DNA of 63,494 bases, the filler included, from Lenisia limosa (taxonomy: Eukaryota; Protista; Breviatea), in NCBI GenBank assembly GCA_001655205.1. It is 12 parts of 12 records of this genome, joined end to end, with 100 filler letters (N's around TTAATTAATTAA, not from the genome) between each part and the next. Parts side by side here need not be neighbours in the genome. Positions count along the whole stretch, not along the records: positions 32,446 to 37,436 come from LPNZ01002749.1; positions 37,537 to 46,981 come from LPNZ01007263.1; 10 more parts are not named here. One strand, written 5' to 3'. Positions 34,017-47,081 of this stretch are shown here, piece by piece. Numbering within the stretch: the stretch's first letter is position 1; each line of letters begins with the position of its first letter. Made by a program: the position numbers and the translations under genes. The notes beneath the pieces were generated by a model, which was given only the letters and a program-made list of their open reading frames with translations, did not search any database and had not been told where the DNA came from.

Positions 34017-37000
34017 TCATTCACAACAACCTTCCAGTTTTTTGAAAAACCACCCCAAAGATGTCAAAACAAATAAATAGACGACTGTTCTCACAGATGT
34101 GCTGGATATACTAAGAAAAGGGAAACAATATTAAGAAAGCGGGAGGTCAACATTTACACTGCATTCTTGACGGTTTTTGAGATGTTCTTCGCACTTTTTC
34201 GCGCTACTGAAAGGAGACCTGTCATTCCTACAATATTGGATGAAGCAATACTATTTTCATGTGTTTATATATACATGTACAATTACTAGATCTCCATGAT
34301 ACTAGTTTCAATGAACATGCACTCATCCTACCAGTTACGATCGCATTGATGGCATTGAAGGTGCTGCTCTGCTGCTCCTCCTCTTCTTGCTACAAGATCA
34401 GAGAAAACAAACGTATCTCCAAGCCAACTCTATTTCGCCTTGATATTATGTGATATGTTTTTACATTCAAACATAGTATTGTACTCACTCTCCCCCAACC
34501 TCCTCTTCCTCCTTGGCGATTGCCATTGATTGGAGCGCGGACTCCAGTTCGGACATTCTCTCCGCCACATCGGGTTCGGACCATCTGTTAGGTCGGACAA
34601 CCAGAGCATGTACCATCTGAGGTGGTCAATAAAGGATGTCATCAGTCGTGAAGCTCTAGTCATCAGGGCATCTTTTCGGTCCGAAAAAAGACCAGATTTA
34701 CTATTAGATAAAGTGAAATCAAAATGATACAAAAGTAAGCCCACCCCAACCACCCCTTTAATGAGAAACAAAAAAATATTTCTAAAGACACAAAACTAAC
34801 ACCTGTCTTGCATTTATTGTGGTGCTCTTGATTGCCAATTTAAAAACATTCCAAAAAGTGACGCAGGCGGTTGCAGACCTTGATTTCGGGGTCATCCACC
34901 TTCTCCAGGGCAACTCCAACGACGTTTCGGGACCATCCGGGCTAACAGGTTAGAGAGGGGGTTCAATTGTCAAAGGAAGAAAAAACTCTTTATTGACACA
35001 ATAAACAATTTACATCATGATATATTGTAGTATGCTCCACCAACTTTCAATGAATCCTGCGGGCACGCAACAGCCATTCCAGGAATATCAGGAAGTCCAA
35101 CCAGAAGGTCTCCAGGCATTGCAACTCCAATTGTCTGAGAATATTAAAAATAATTCCTTGAGACCTTCAGCCCCACCTTCATAGGCACCTGTCCGACTAG
35201 TGCGAGTCGGACCATTTCCTTCTTCCTCTCGGGGGTGGCGGGAACGTTACCGCAGATCAGGGGTTGTGAGGTGACAACAAGAAGCTGTTCGGAGTCTTGG
35301 GCGCAGAATGTGACCCTGGGGCGTAAGGTCGTGAACAGTGACGGCAAATCAAAATAGAAAGTTCTTACGAAAAATGAGTAGCGAATTCAGATTAATGAAC
35401 CATTGATAAATTTAGATAGCAGGTCTTTTCCCACCTGTAGTGAAACCTTTAAACTATTGACGGGAACGGTAAGTTACTGAAATGCGCGAAGGACTGCGAT
35501 AGCCTTAACCCCCACATACCTTCCGCCAGTCATTCCGACAATTTCTCCAGGGTTGAACGTTTGAGCATGATCAGCTTTCTCGAAGTACTGAATCGTCAAC
35601 CAAATAGAGCACCAAATTATATGTTGTTTTCTAACAATACAATCAGATGAAAGCACATCATTTCCCTTCTGACCTCAGCGAAATCGGCGCAAGGTCCGGA
35701 CATTTGGTTGGTGTTGTATGAACAGGTAACATCAGCTAAGACTCGCAGAATGTAGTTCACCTGTAGGATGAGAATTCCAAAGCATGTACTGGANNNNNNN
35801 NNNNNNNNNNNNNNNNNNNNNNNNNNNNNNNNNNNNNNNNNNNNNNNNNNNNNNNNNNNNNNNTGGAGTGAACCACCATAAGACGATCATCTGCGATATG
35901 AATAAAGACAATGCATCAACAGTCTCTGGTAATTTTGATGATAATAAATAATGTTAAATGTGGCAGCGAGAAAAGATGCTACATCCCCCAGTACCCCCCC
36001 CTCAGCGCGTACCGGGGTTAGACTCAACCATGCCTGGAATTGTGAAAAAAAAACAAAAAAAAAAAACAAAGCGGAGACAAATCTTAACTTTTCATTGGTA
36101 ATGCAAGTATCATCTTGTAGAACTGATTCTATTCCTCTAATATTATCTACTCCCAGCAAACCGTCATTGTCATTGGGTCGTTGACGCTTTTTGACATCCT
36201 CTCTCAGACGGCGAGGACGGACATTCATCTAAACTAGTCAAAAACACTGACATCACATGTTCAAACTTCAATTATCCTTTCTGGACCAGTGTGCATCTCC
36301 CTTATGTAATGAGAGTATCATTTGTTATGGCCATATTGCTTTGGATCACAAGACATCCATGCCTTCAGAACAATAGAATATCCATTACGATCTGCAAACA
36401 GAAGAATCGAATTGGTTCTACACCCCCTTGTGCCTACCCGGGCAGGTGTGATGTTGTAGGAGGGATCAGCCTCGACCTGAACGCAGCAGAACGACTCACG
36501 TGCCTTTGCTGCAATGTTATGTTGGGGTGTGCTAAATGCCATCTCACACCATTAATTCCAACAGTTATATGCATGTGGATAATCTCGTTCAGAATAGTAT
36601 AGCAATAAGAAATAAAAATAAAGAAGTATCTGGCCAAAGCCGTCCACACCATCACGCTTATAAAAGATATTGGATTATAGAATAATATTAATTCACCCAA
36701 TCATTTGCCTTACAACTCTTTGCACACAGCTTTCTGCGTGCCTCCAGAATATACCAACATTATTGATCTGTTCATTATTATCACAGTTGGATCACGAAAA
36801 ACAATGAGAAGAGCACCCTACACTGGGCTTCGCGGGTTTTGAAGGAGTTGAAGATGGTCATGTAGCCATGCTTGAAGTTGAAGGACCAAGACACGGCCAT
36901 ACCCTCGGCATTGGGCTGCATCGTCTTCTCCCTATAACAATCAGCTGTGCTCACAATATTGATGCGGTCATTTAATTTGATACAGAATGATAATAATGAA

Positions 37001-37251
37001 TTGAGTTTTTGAGCAGTTGTTATATATGATAAGGATATGAACATAGCTTTCTTCTTTCACCTTCAGTATAAATATGGATTTAAAACGCAAGATTCATCAC
37101 AAAAAGTGAAGACTTGCTGAAAAATCATAGCTTATCCCCCTTTTCAAAACCGAACCCAGACATACTGGGCCTCTGTGCGACCAAAAATCATGACGTCATT
37201 GGTAATGTCTTTGGAGCTGTCCTCAAAGTAGATTCGGATACGAAGGGGGAT
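34017..37251 (-). CDS. Protein with Peptidase_G2-like (phage-type autocleavage) domain, coiled coil and probable C-terminal TM; 5' partial
   Basis: Phase-consistent exons: SGPCADFAE|YFEKADHAQTFNPGEIVGMTGGR|VTFCAQDSEQLLVVTSQPLICGNVPATPERKKEMVRLALVGQVPMK|TIGVAMPGDLLVGLPDIPGMAVA..|..VVGVALEKVDDPEIK|MVHALVV..ERMSELESALQSM..|..RTVVYLFVLTSLGWFFKKLEGCCE*. Linkage of exons upstream of 35760 is not fully phased. Confidence 0.7.
36598..36754 (+). mobile_element. Family B repeat, near full length
   Basis: TATAGCAATAAGAAATAAAAA..GTATCTGGCCAAAGCCGTCCACACCATCACGCTTATAA..CACCCAATCATTTGCCTTACAACTC..GCACACAGCTTTCTGCGTGCCTCCAG. Confidence 0.88.
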
Positions 37252-37536
37252 CTACAGATCGATGAGCCCAAAACAGACTGTACAGAAGAAATGTACTTCT
37301 AGAAAATTCTAAGACACTATATTATTCCAATATTATCATTATCTACAGATTTGTGATCTATCATATAGTATCATCACATATATACATATTATACTATACC
37401 ATACATCGCAATGGGACATAAAAATAAGGTTGTATCNNNNNNNNNNNNNNNNNNNNNNNNNNNNNNNNNNNNNNNNNNNNTTAATTAATTAANNNNNNNN
37501 NNNNNNNNNNNNNNNNNNNNNNNNNNNNNNNNNNNN

Positions 37537-40500
37537 AGGTCCCCACCACAGACGAGTCAGGAACAACACAGCTCCTTGACGGCGTGATTGAAGTTCAGTA
37601 CCATAGAGTGGGTCGAGGCATTTGTTGATAAATAACGTTTTTTTTTATTGTTTTTTTTTATAATGATCCATATTTCTGTTTGTTTTGTTTGTATTAGACT
37701 CACTAACTCGTATGCACTCATTGTATTGAATCTGCAATCCCCTTCCCCCAATTAGGCTATGATCCAATCTTATAAGCGTGATGGTGTGAACGGATTTGGT
37801 CAGATACAACCTTGTTTTTTTGTTTCTCATTTCTATATGCTAGGCCGTGCAGACTGAAGGGGCAGTAGCCAGCCCAAGACCCTCTTCTCTCATCGTTCCT
37901 CAACCCCAGGGTAGGACTTGCTGATTTTGGATAAAGGCCAAAGTCGGATAGAGTAATTATTTTGCCTTATTATTTTAGTCTGTTTTTTTCTTACAGTTAT
38001 TTGAATGTTAGAGCTTAAGAAATCTGTTCCATTTAAAGTAGCCAATCACCCCGTTCATCTGTTCAGAATTTGGAGGACCGTCCTCTTTGTTCGACCCAGT
38101 TGGAATGAACACACCGGTTATGAGCATGGGAAGAAATGCTTGGAAGTTGGGGGGGGGGGTATGAGCAGAGGGAGAAATGCTTAAGTGGAATNNNNNNNNN
38201 NNNNNNNNNNNNNNNNNNNNNNNNNNNNNNNNNNNNNNNNNNNNNNNNNNNNNNNNNNNNNNNNNNNNNNNNNNNNNNNNNNNNNNNNNNNNNNNNNNNN
38301 NNNNNNNNNNNNNNNNNNNNNNNNNNNNNNNNNNAGGCTTCTAGATTAGCGGCTGGTGACGGCCTCCCTGATGACGAGGTCGAAGATATCCCGTTCGGGG
38401 TGTGATTGTACTGGTAATCATTACTCTATTTGGAGCTGCAAATAATCAGGAGTTTATTTTAAGATCCACATGCCAACAGGACCTAGCCAGCATAAACACT
38501 CACCCCCAGGGACGAAGCCATACTGCCACAAGACGTTGTGGACGTGCGGCATAGACTTGAGTCCCTTCCCAGAGCGGTGGTTGGCAGAAATAAGTTGGGG
38601 GGTATTGTGCGAGAAACATCTTGTTTTTTGTTTGTTGAAGTAGTATATTAGTTTATGTAGACGGAGAGTTTTTTTTAAATCATATTAGGAGATGCAAGTA
38701 GAGAAATGTTGACTGGATATTCCTTGGTGTAAGAACACGAAATACTTGTGGCTTTGTGGGGTTTCAAAAACAGCAACGAAGGCATGATACCAATAAATAT
38801 TGGAGCAAACCTACAAGTACTACAATTATCACCTTTCAGCTGGAAGAACTGTAAACTTAAGAGTCTTGACGAGCTTGATTTTGTCTTGGCAGACTTGGTA
38901 CAACGGTCGGGGGGAGGGGGGACTAATGCTGTATATTTTCTATAACACTGTTTTTATAACATTAATTTGAAATTACACTGGTAGTATGTTTATATTTTCA
39001 GCAATAAATACCCTGACTACTCCCCCCATTCTTCTCTAGCTGATAATCAACACCAGGGTACAACTTGCGGAGAACAGCGAAGTTCGCCGCCGACTTCTGG
39101 AGGGTCGAAGGATGTCCTTTTCCCACAACCCTAGTGCCTCCCTTACGCACAGTCCCAATCCGTCCCGGCCTCTGGTCTGTTTGTAATCGGGTGCTTTATT
39201 CTCTTGTCACAAAAACATCTTCACATCTTTGTGATAATTGAACAACTATGATTTCTGTTTTTATGTGCAATTCCCCCTTACCGCGCAGTCGCCAGGAGGG
39301 TCTCTCTCCGATTTGCCTCCGGCCGGCTCTCGTCCGAACTTGTCCGCCTCCGACGCCCAGGGTATGTTGGCAGGATACGGAGGATATGGGAATTACGTTC
39401 GATAATTGAAAAGAAAATAGTTGTGGGATGAAAGAGAAATACTTTTCCTCAGATGAAATAATACCAAGGTGGACTTTTACCATTCCCCCTAATCACATTT
39501 CTGCAGTCACTCTCGGCCACGAACTCTCCAAAACATCAACTATGTCCATTGTCACTCCGGTACAAGCCTCCTGGAGTAAGGCGGTAATAAGCATCCTTTC
39601 TTTGATAATATTGTCTTTTTTGTTTTATTAATAGTAGCAAGATTTCTCATTAGTGGGGGCGGCGGGTATAGTTATCAACTTTTCTCTCTTTTTTGAAGGG
39701 GTACACAAGTTCTTCTTCTGGTTTCCAGGGTTTGAAGGTTCCCCAGGTTTTTGATGCACGGTTCCGCATTTCACCTCTTGCAGCGCCAGAAATGGACCGC
39801 TTGATGGAAGACAGTAAAAGGTACAGTCATCTGCTGGTCCGAAGGGATGCCGCTACATCAAGCCATGACAGAGGTGAGGCCTGATAATCTCTTTTATTCA
39901 AACCAACCTAATATTTGGCTAGAGTTAATTTCAGTGTTTTTATTTCGTACAATTATATTTACCCCCCCCCCAGCCCGAGTCCAGCGTGACATGAACCAGC
40001 TCATTGAGCGGGCACGCGGCGCGCCAATACGCCACGAATGCGCGTCAGTTGCAACTAGTACAGACGTGGAGGTGGCCTCTTTCGGCACCCAAACTGATGA
40101 TACCGTGAGGGAGGGGACACCATTCTTCATTGACACACTGGAGCGTGGGGGAGGGGGTGCAGGGGTGACTACAACGTGACCCATTCATCACTATCTGCGA
40201 TGACAAATATTTGTGTAAAATTGGGGCTATTCATAATATAATGTGCACATTTTGCTTTGCACAAAAAGTTTCTCACCCAAAACAGTTGACCAGCCAGGTC
40301 CATAAACTGTCAGCAAAATCAGACTTCCTTCCCCGGAAATTCGCATCATCTCCAAATAAACTGTTTGGGGGTGGGGGTGATTGAAACTGGGGATTTTCCT
40401 TAATTTTGAGAGAATAAAAAACGATATTAGAATATGTGACATATAGTGCAATATGCATCTCAGCTCTTAATGGAATAGAAAACCGTCCAAGTCCGTGGAA

Positions 40501-43500
40501 ACCGCTTCCGAGCAGCCTTTTGCTGAGCCCACTGAATCGCCTGAGCAAGGCGACCTCCTTGGGAGTATCGAGTCAAAGTGGGTTTTCTATACGCAGCTTC
40601 TGCTTTTTTTCGTCTGGTCCTTGTTAGACCCTCCCTCTTTCGGCGCTTTTTTCATTGCTTCTGACCTTCTAGGCCCAAGCCAATTTCTAAGATTAGCACC
40701 ACCCGCTCTCAGCACGATATGTACCAAGAGGTTAGCGGTATTTTGAATTCATATGATACAAAAACTGAATGATGGTGCTTTGTTGATAAAGATTGTTTTT
40801 AAACACTCTTCTATTTCCTTCGTACATTATGTACTCTTATAATGACCATATAATCTCACCTTCTTTTAATGCCATTTACACATGAAAATGGGTTAGTGTA
40901 TTACCGAGGGATGTCCATTGCATTCTTGTTGTGTGTATGCGGGTAGCTTACAGTTTTGCATGAGCTTGCATTGTATGAGGCTTCCTTTTTACACCATCCC
41001 CGCACAGGTTGAGAAACGAAGGAGGCGAGTTGCCCGAAAAGTTGCAGTTATTCCAGCGTCGTTCATGCGACTTCTTTCAGCTATCAGGAGCGGAAAGCAG
41101 GTAGCATGATACTTTGTATTACTGCTACAAATACACTGGAGTGTATAAATATTTTTGATGTGTTATGTGAAGTGGAGTGTCTTATAACATAGTATATGAT
41201 ATGATCTAACGATATTTTAGCGTGTACACTCTGTGTGCCTCTCGGCTGTGTCTTCGTATCATTCTATGTGTTCCTCGGCTGTGTCTCGTATCATTCTGTT
41301 GATGCTTTAGACTGGACTTCAGAAAGAGGCAGGAAGGGTTCGACCGCTTCGCTGGGTGCTCAAAACCATCTCATCCATGTACCTTGAGAAGGTAACTGAG
41401 GGAGGTACTAGGTACTAAGAAAGTTGAGTGGTCAGTTTTGTTGGACGAATAGTCATATAAACGGGGCGGTGTAAGTGTCTCAATCAGAAGCATGACTGAT
41501 TGCGGGTTTAGTGAACATTGTATCATCAGAATAGTTTCATATGTCAAATATTTTGATGTAGTATCTACTACCTACTATGGGGGAAGAACGGCATTGGATC
41601 TGGAACCCCCAGCTTTGTTCCTTTTTTTTTGTTGTTGACTTTCCCTTCTCTCTATTTTGATTTGCTCTGAGTAATGTTTCAGCTTATGCGTTAAACCTTA
41701 TCCTATGTACCCCTACATTTAGACACATGANNNNNNNNNNNNNNNNNNNNNNNNNNNNNNNNNNNNNNNNNNNNNNNNNNNNNNNNNNNNNNNNNNNNNN
41801 NNNNNNNNNNNNNNNNNNNNNNNNNNNNNNNNNNNNNNNNNNNNNNNNNNNNNNNNNNNNNTTTAATAGTCTTCTATAGTATATCAGATGTGGATTGGAT
41901 TTTATGTAATTAGTATATTGTTTATTCCAAGTAGGCAAAGTCTTTTCAAACATTAACGATTTTAGATCCAGGGCGACATAACAGACGACCGCGAGAGGCT
42001 CCCGCGCCAGGAAATGGCGTCATTCGTCTATGACTGGTCCTTACACCGCTACGGCCTCAGAAAACTGGCCGAAACCAAGATCCTGGGTTGGATGGGCGAT
42101 GAAGAAAAAAACATTCCATATGTACAAACTTGGAATTGTAATATATGCTTCCCTTACACGTAGACTTCCTGGTGTCAGTAGAGAACTACCTTGAGAACAC
42201 AAGGGTTGAGCTTTTTGCGCGGTTCTGTGGCATGACCAACGAAGATCTCAATGTATGCGGCTCCTCATTCATGGTATCTCCCAATAGACCGAAATATACA
42301 TGTATATATTACATATAAATATATTAAAGAATACGTTGTATTTGTACTTATCATATTCATGTGTATTTTAAGCTTGTATTCTGCCCNNNNNNNNNNNNNN
42401 NNNNNNNNNNNNNNNNNNNNNNNNNNNNNNNNNNNNNNNNNNNNNNNNNNNNNNNNNNNNNNNNNNNNNNNNNNNNNNNNNNNNNNNNNNNNNNNNNNNN
42501 NNNNNNNNNNNNNNNNNNNNNNNNNNNNNNNNNNNNNNNNNNNNNNNNNNNNNNNNNTCGGCCTGGTCCGTCAACATGTCGCGTGCGCTCGAAACCGTGG
42601 GGGGGGGGGCTTCTCAAAGACATTCACCAATCAGTTTTTATGAACCGAAGTGTGTTTTGGGAATTGGGGAGGGGTGCAGTCACTTTCTATTTAGTGGGTT
42701 ATTTCCGTATCCACATCCACCGCAAGTCCTTGTCACATACCGAATATCATAGAGGGAGGAGGGAGAAAGTGAGAAATATCCAAGAACACATTCCAACTCC
42801 AACAACCCCCAGATTAATGAGCTGTTCCCGACTATATCCCCGGATGAATTGGCCAAAATCGTGACTCATCTGGAGGAGCTCATCGTCAGCCCTGATTCCG
42901 AGGACCCGTGAGAGGGGGGAGGTGATTATTGGGGATAATCATTCTTCCTTCCGCTTCAATTGTACTTTTTTTTAAGGCTCCTTACACGCCTGAGAATAAT
43001 TATTATCCTTCAGAATGCCTCTTATTATCACCCATCTAGAATGCTTGACGCAGATTCGTTCCTCAAGGCCATGGTTGAAGTCTGGAGGAAACAAGGCAAC
43101 ACCGTGGATGAGAGGCTACGGTANNNNNNNNNNNNNNNNNNNNNNNNNNNNNNNNNNNNNNNNNNNNNNNNNNNNNNNNNNNNNNNNNNNNAACCGGTTT
43201 TGTTCTTCTTTTTTTTTACCCAGTTTGTTTCTCCATCCACACACCCCTCGCTTGTAATCCATGCTCTTCTCTCTATCTCCCATACAGTCTAACTGCGGCA
43301 ATTCTCACGATTGCAGAGCGATGTTCGAGGCTGGGGACTTGAACCAAGGTGGGAGGTCATGACTGGCCTGGGCTTTGTTTTGTTGTTACCAACCCTCGGT
43401 GCTGTCATGATGTTAGTTTTTTGTTTCACATATTTCCATTTTTACTCCCGCTCACCCCCCACCCCTGCAGCATATAACCCCCCAGATAATGTTCTGGAGT

Positions 43501-44893
43501 ATCACGAGTNNNNNNNNNNNNNNNNNNNNNNNNNNNNNNNNNNNNNNNNNNNNNNNNNNNNNNNNNNNNNNNNNNNNNNNNNNNNNTGAGTCAGCTTTCA
43601 CCCGAGCTCACAAACAGACAGGGTGGGATAAGGGCATTGTGGAGGGTGCCAAGATTGAAATCATAGAATTTAAATGATCTTACACTTATGTGGAAATGAT
43701 AATGTGAATTAATATTCCACTATAATTCAGTATCTCTTATAAGCGTGATGGCAACGGCTTCGGCCAGATACATCCTAATTTTTTATTTCTCAATGCTATA
43801 TATCTGGACTGATAGGGAGGGTATATCGTTTCTCTGTTGACCTTGTAAATAAGCTATTCCATCCCGTCATTATGCTCCGCAGTCATCCGCATGTTCCACG
43901 AGAGTATCCAGGACAGCAGCGGCGAGGCTGTGGACCTCAACGCCTTCATCGCCGTCTGTGCTGCTCATGGTGAGGGGGGTATTCAGTTGGGAGTGTATGG
44001 CTTCAATTCTTGTTCCAGATTTAAATCAGCCCCTTCTTCCTCCGTTTTTACTTTTGTATTTCTCAACATCCTAGTATTTCCTTCCCCCCTTGCTTTCCTT
44101 GCTTTCCTTGCTTTCCTTNNNNNNNNNNNNNNNNNNNNNNNNNNNNNNNNNNNNNNNNNNNNNNNNNNNNNNNNNNNNNNNNNNNNNNNNNNNNNNNNNN
44201 NNNNNNNNNNNNNNNNNNNNNNNNNNNNNNNNNNNNNNNNNNNNNACCCCACAGGTCTGACGGCGTGGAGGCCCGAGCATGAGGACTATGGCCAAGGCTG
44301 CAGCAATGCCTTGGTGGGTAATCATGGGATATCATAAGATAAGTTTGTGTAGCAGTAGCCCTGCGTGGACAGTTTTGGCCAAACTCTCCTTCATCTTTTC
44401 ATTGTGCTTAATCCTATTACCCACACCGCCTGCACAACATTCACCTATTTAGGAACTTCTCAAAGACACGTGGCAGTCTGAGGAGTCTTCAATGGAACAG
44501 AGAATACGAAATATCGCCCAGAACCCCGCCCAACCCAGGGAAATGGTGGATCAAGTGGGCCCCTTAAATAATATCCTAAGATGCCATCCTGAGGTAACAC
44601 GACGGCTTTGGCTTTTCCCCCCATTGTTAAATGTCGCTATACACCCCCCTTCTCTCTATTGGAATTCTTGGCAATTGACTCACAATCCAGCTTGAACAGC
44701 GATTGGCGTCCTTCAGAGATCTCATTAAAAACCCAAGGAACGTGCAAGGTGGGATGTGAGGAAAGGGGTCACTATTCGCGCAATGTATACCTCAACCCAC
44801 TCTCCCACATCATGCATGTTACCCCCTCCCACAGCCGCATGGATCTCATACCGCCTCCTTGTGACAGAGGTGTCTGTTGTGGAAGCCCAGTAA
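37537..44893 (+). CDS. Large multi-exon EF-hand-containing protein (possibly two genes), 5' partial
   Basis: C-terminal half: PLRWVLKTISSMYLEK|IQGDITDDRERLPRQEMASFVYDWSLHRYGLRKLAETKIL|DFLVSV..RVELFARFCGM; EF-hand RAMFEAGDLNQ|DNVLEYHEF; ends AAWISYRLLVTEVSVVEAQ*. The N-terminal exons (37537-40600) are low-complexity and their linkage is inferred. Confidence 0.7.
37762..37838 (-). mobile_element. Family B repeat, partial
   Basis: CTTATAAGCGTGATGGTGTGAACGGATTTGGTCAGATACAACCTTGTTTTTTTGTTTCTCATT. Confidence 0.8.
43697..43803 (-). mobile_element. Family B repeat, partial
   Basis: GTGAATTAATATT..CTCTTATAAGCGTGATGGCAACGGCTTCGGCCAGATACATCC..TTTCTCAATGCTATA. Confidence 0.82.
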
Positions 44894-45311
44894 TTTATTT
44901 TTGTCTTTTTTGTGTCTGTGGTTTGTTTTGTTTTGTCTTTCTTAGATTCTTTTTTCTTGGTATTTATTATGAAGTGTACGTGTACATATCACTGCTTTTT
45001 TTGGTTTTTTTTCAGTGTAATAATTCAAAAAAAAAAATTAACTCTTTGCCGGATCGCTTCGAGCAGTCGCTTGATTAGGGGTGTGGGACCATCGCATTTT
45101 CAAACAGCATTATCAAACATCGCATCTTAAAAGGCCACAGGATTTGTGTTCGTCCTCATTTTCTCTTGTATAATAACGCATGTGAAGAACGGCTGACTTT
45201 ATCAATCCTAGGAAAATATTTAACCATTTTTACCAAAAAAACTGTGAATAAACAGAAGATACATTTACTAAAATAATTGAGAGACAAAACTACATAAACT
45301 AAAACTCAAAA

Positions 45312-46981
45312 CTAATACTGCCCAATCCCTTGACCCCCCATACCCATACCCATTCCCATGTTGTTGTTCATCATATTACCACCACCCATGGAATTGTAAT
45401 TTCCACTCATACCCATTGAACCGAAATGGTTCATTTGGGTCTGATTAGACATTCCATTGTTCATCATCATGTTGTTGTTGTTCATCATGTTGTTAGTGTG
45501 ACCCATCATGTTATTGTTCATCATCATATTGTTTCCCATTCCCATTCCCATTCCAGCTTGATTTGACACAGGCTGTTGATTCCTCATCATCCCATTGTTT
45601 CCCATCCCTCCGTTCATGGTATTGCCCATCTGGCCATTGTTGACGTTGTTTGCCATGTTGTTGGAGAGAGGTGTCGGCATTGGGAGCTCCATAGACGACA
45701 TACTCATAAGCTACGAGATGAGTAACAAAAATGCAAAAGACATATTGAAATGATGAAGATTTCTTAAGATAATTGAACATTTTCTCGCAGACACATTCTT
45801 TTGCCCCCCCCCCCCCAANNNNNNNNNNNNNNNNNNNNNNNNNNNNNNNNNNNNNNNNNNNNNNNNNNNNNNNNNNNNNNNNNNNNGGTTCCTCCCACTG
45901 CTGTAGCTAAGGGGTGATGGCATACGTAAGTCTTAAGAATTGTGTCTTATGATACAAGACGTCCTGAGCTCAACCAAAGATTGGTAAAATGTAAGAATGA
46001 TAATTGATGCTCAAGTGAAAACAGTCAATAAATTAAGCAATATAATTCAACTAAAACAACAAAGACTTTCATCAAAGTTATTCAAATATATATATACTAT
46101 ATATTATGAAATATGTCATTTTTTAATGTATCATATGTTTATCATATCGAGTACATACAAAATCACACATGTAGGACATATCTAGTGACTGTTACATCGT
46201 ACTCACCATCAGAATTATAGGTGTCGTATGTTTTGAAGTTGGTTGAATAGTCACTTTCATTTAGCTGTGCAGGGGACGGCATAATATGGCTGCAATATCA
46301 TGTAAACGGCGATGCGTGAATAGAAAGTGAGTGAAATACTCGATGATAATAAGGAAAATCACTTTTGGTCAGTTCTTAAAGTTAAATTTGAATACTTATG
46401 TTGTTACAGGAAAGTCTCACTGAATAACTACACTACCGCCCCATACCTATCAAAAGTGGAGTTGATAGTTTTGGAAAGAGACACAGTTTTTGCGTCTTCC
46501 ACCACGGCCGAGGTGGCTTCTTCCTCCACATCTTCGTCGAAATACATGTGACGGTCCGCTTTGGTACAATATGTTGCCTTGAAGGACGTATGCCGACCTG
46601 TGGAAGGTGAGTTGATGAATATTCAACTGTGTATATTTAATTCATGTAGAGCCATAGTAGTCAGACAACTGGACAAGCAACAATAGCATACCGATGCAAA
46701 GAGTTTCACCGTCATATAATGGCGTGCGCTCCTTGTAGAAGCACTGGCCTGATGGGGTAAAGGGCCAGTAATTTCGAGACAAATTACATATTGAGAACAT
46801 TGAGTATGACTTCGTGTAATGCCCCCCCCCCCTCACGTTCATGGCCCTCTGCGTCCACAATCGAGGTAGCACCCTTCTGCGTGAGGGCCTTGACCACAAA
46901 CTCCTGCTCGTCAGCCCTCCAGTACATTGCACAGTGTAAACGCGATACGGTGTCGTCGCCGTTGGGATGCGTGGACTTGGA
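45312..46981 (-). CDS. FHA-domain protein with Asn/Met/Gly-rich C-terminus, 5' partial
   Basis: DDTVSRLHCAMYWRADEQEFVVKALTQKG..|GQCFYKERTPLYDGETLCIG|RHTSFK fits FHA (SR-x-H motif, closing 'D-x-I-x-IG' strand). The terminal exon is the 45312-45707 ORF (NNMMMNNNMMG...). Confidence 0.7.
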
Positions 46982-47081
46982 NNNNNNNNNNNNNNNNNNN
47001 NNNNNNNNNNNNNNNNNNNNNNNNNTTAATTAATTAANNNNNNNNNNNNNNNNNNNNNNNNNNNNNNNNNNNNNNNNNNNN

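Noticed and set aside
37537-39900. NPHP4/B9-type ciliary C2 protein
   Set aside because: Superficial impression only; no diagnostic motif could be matched.
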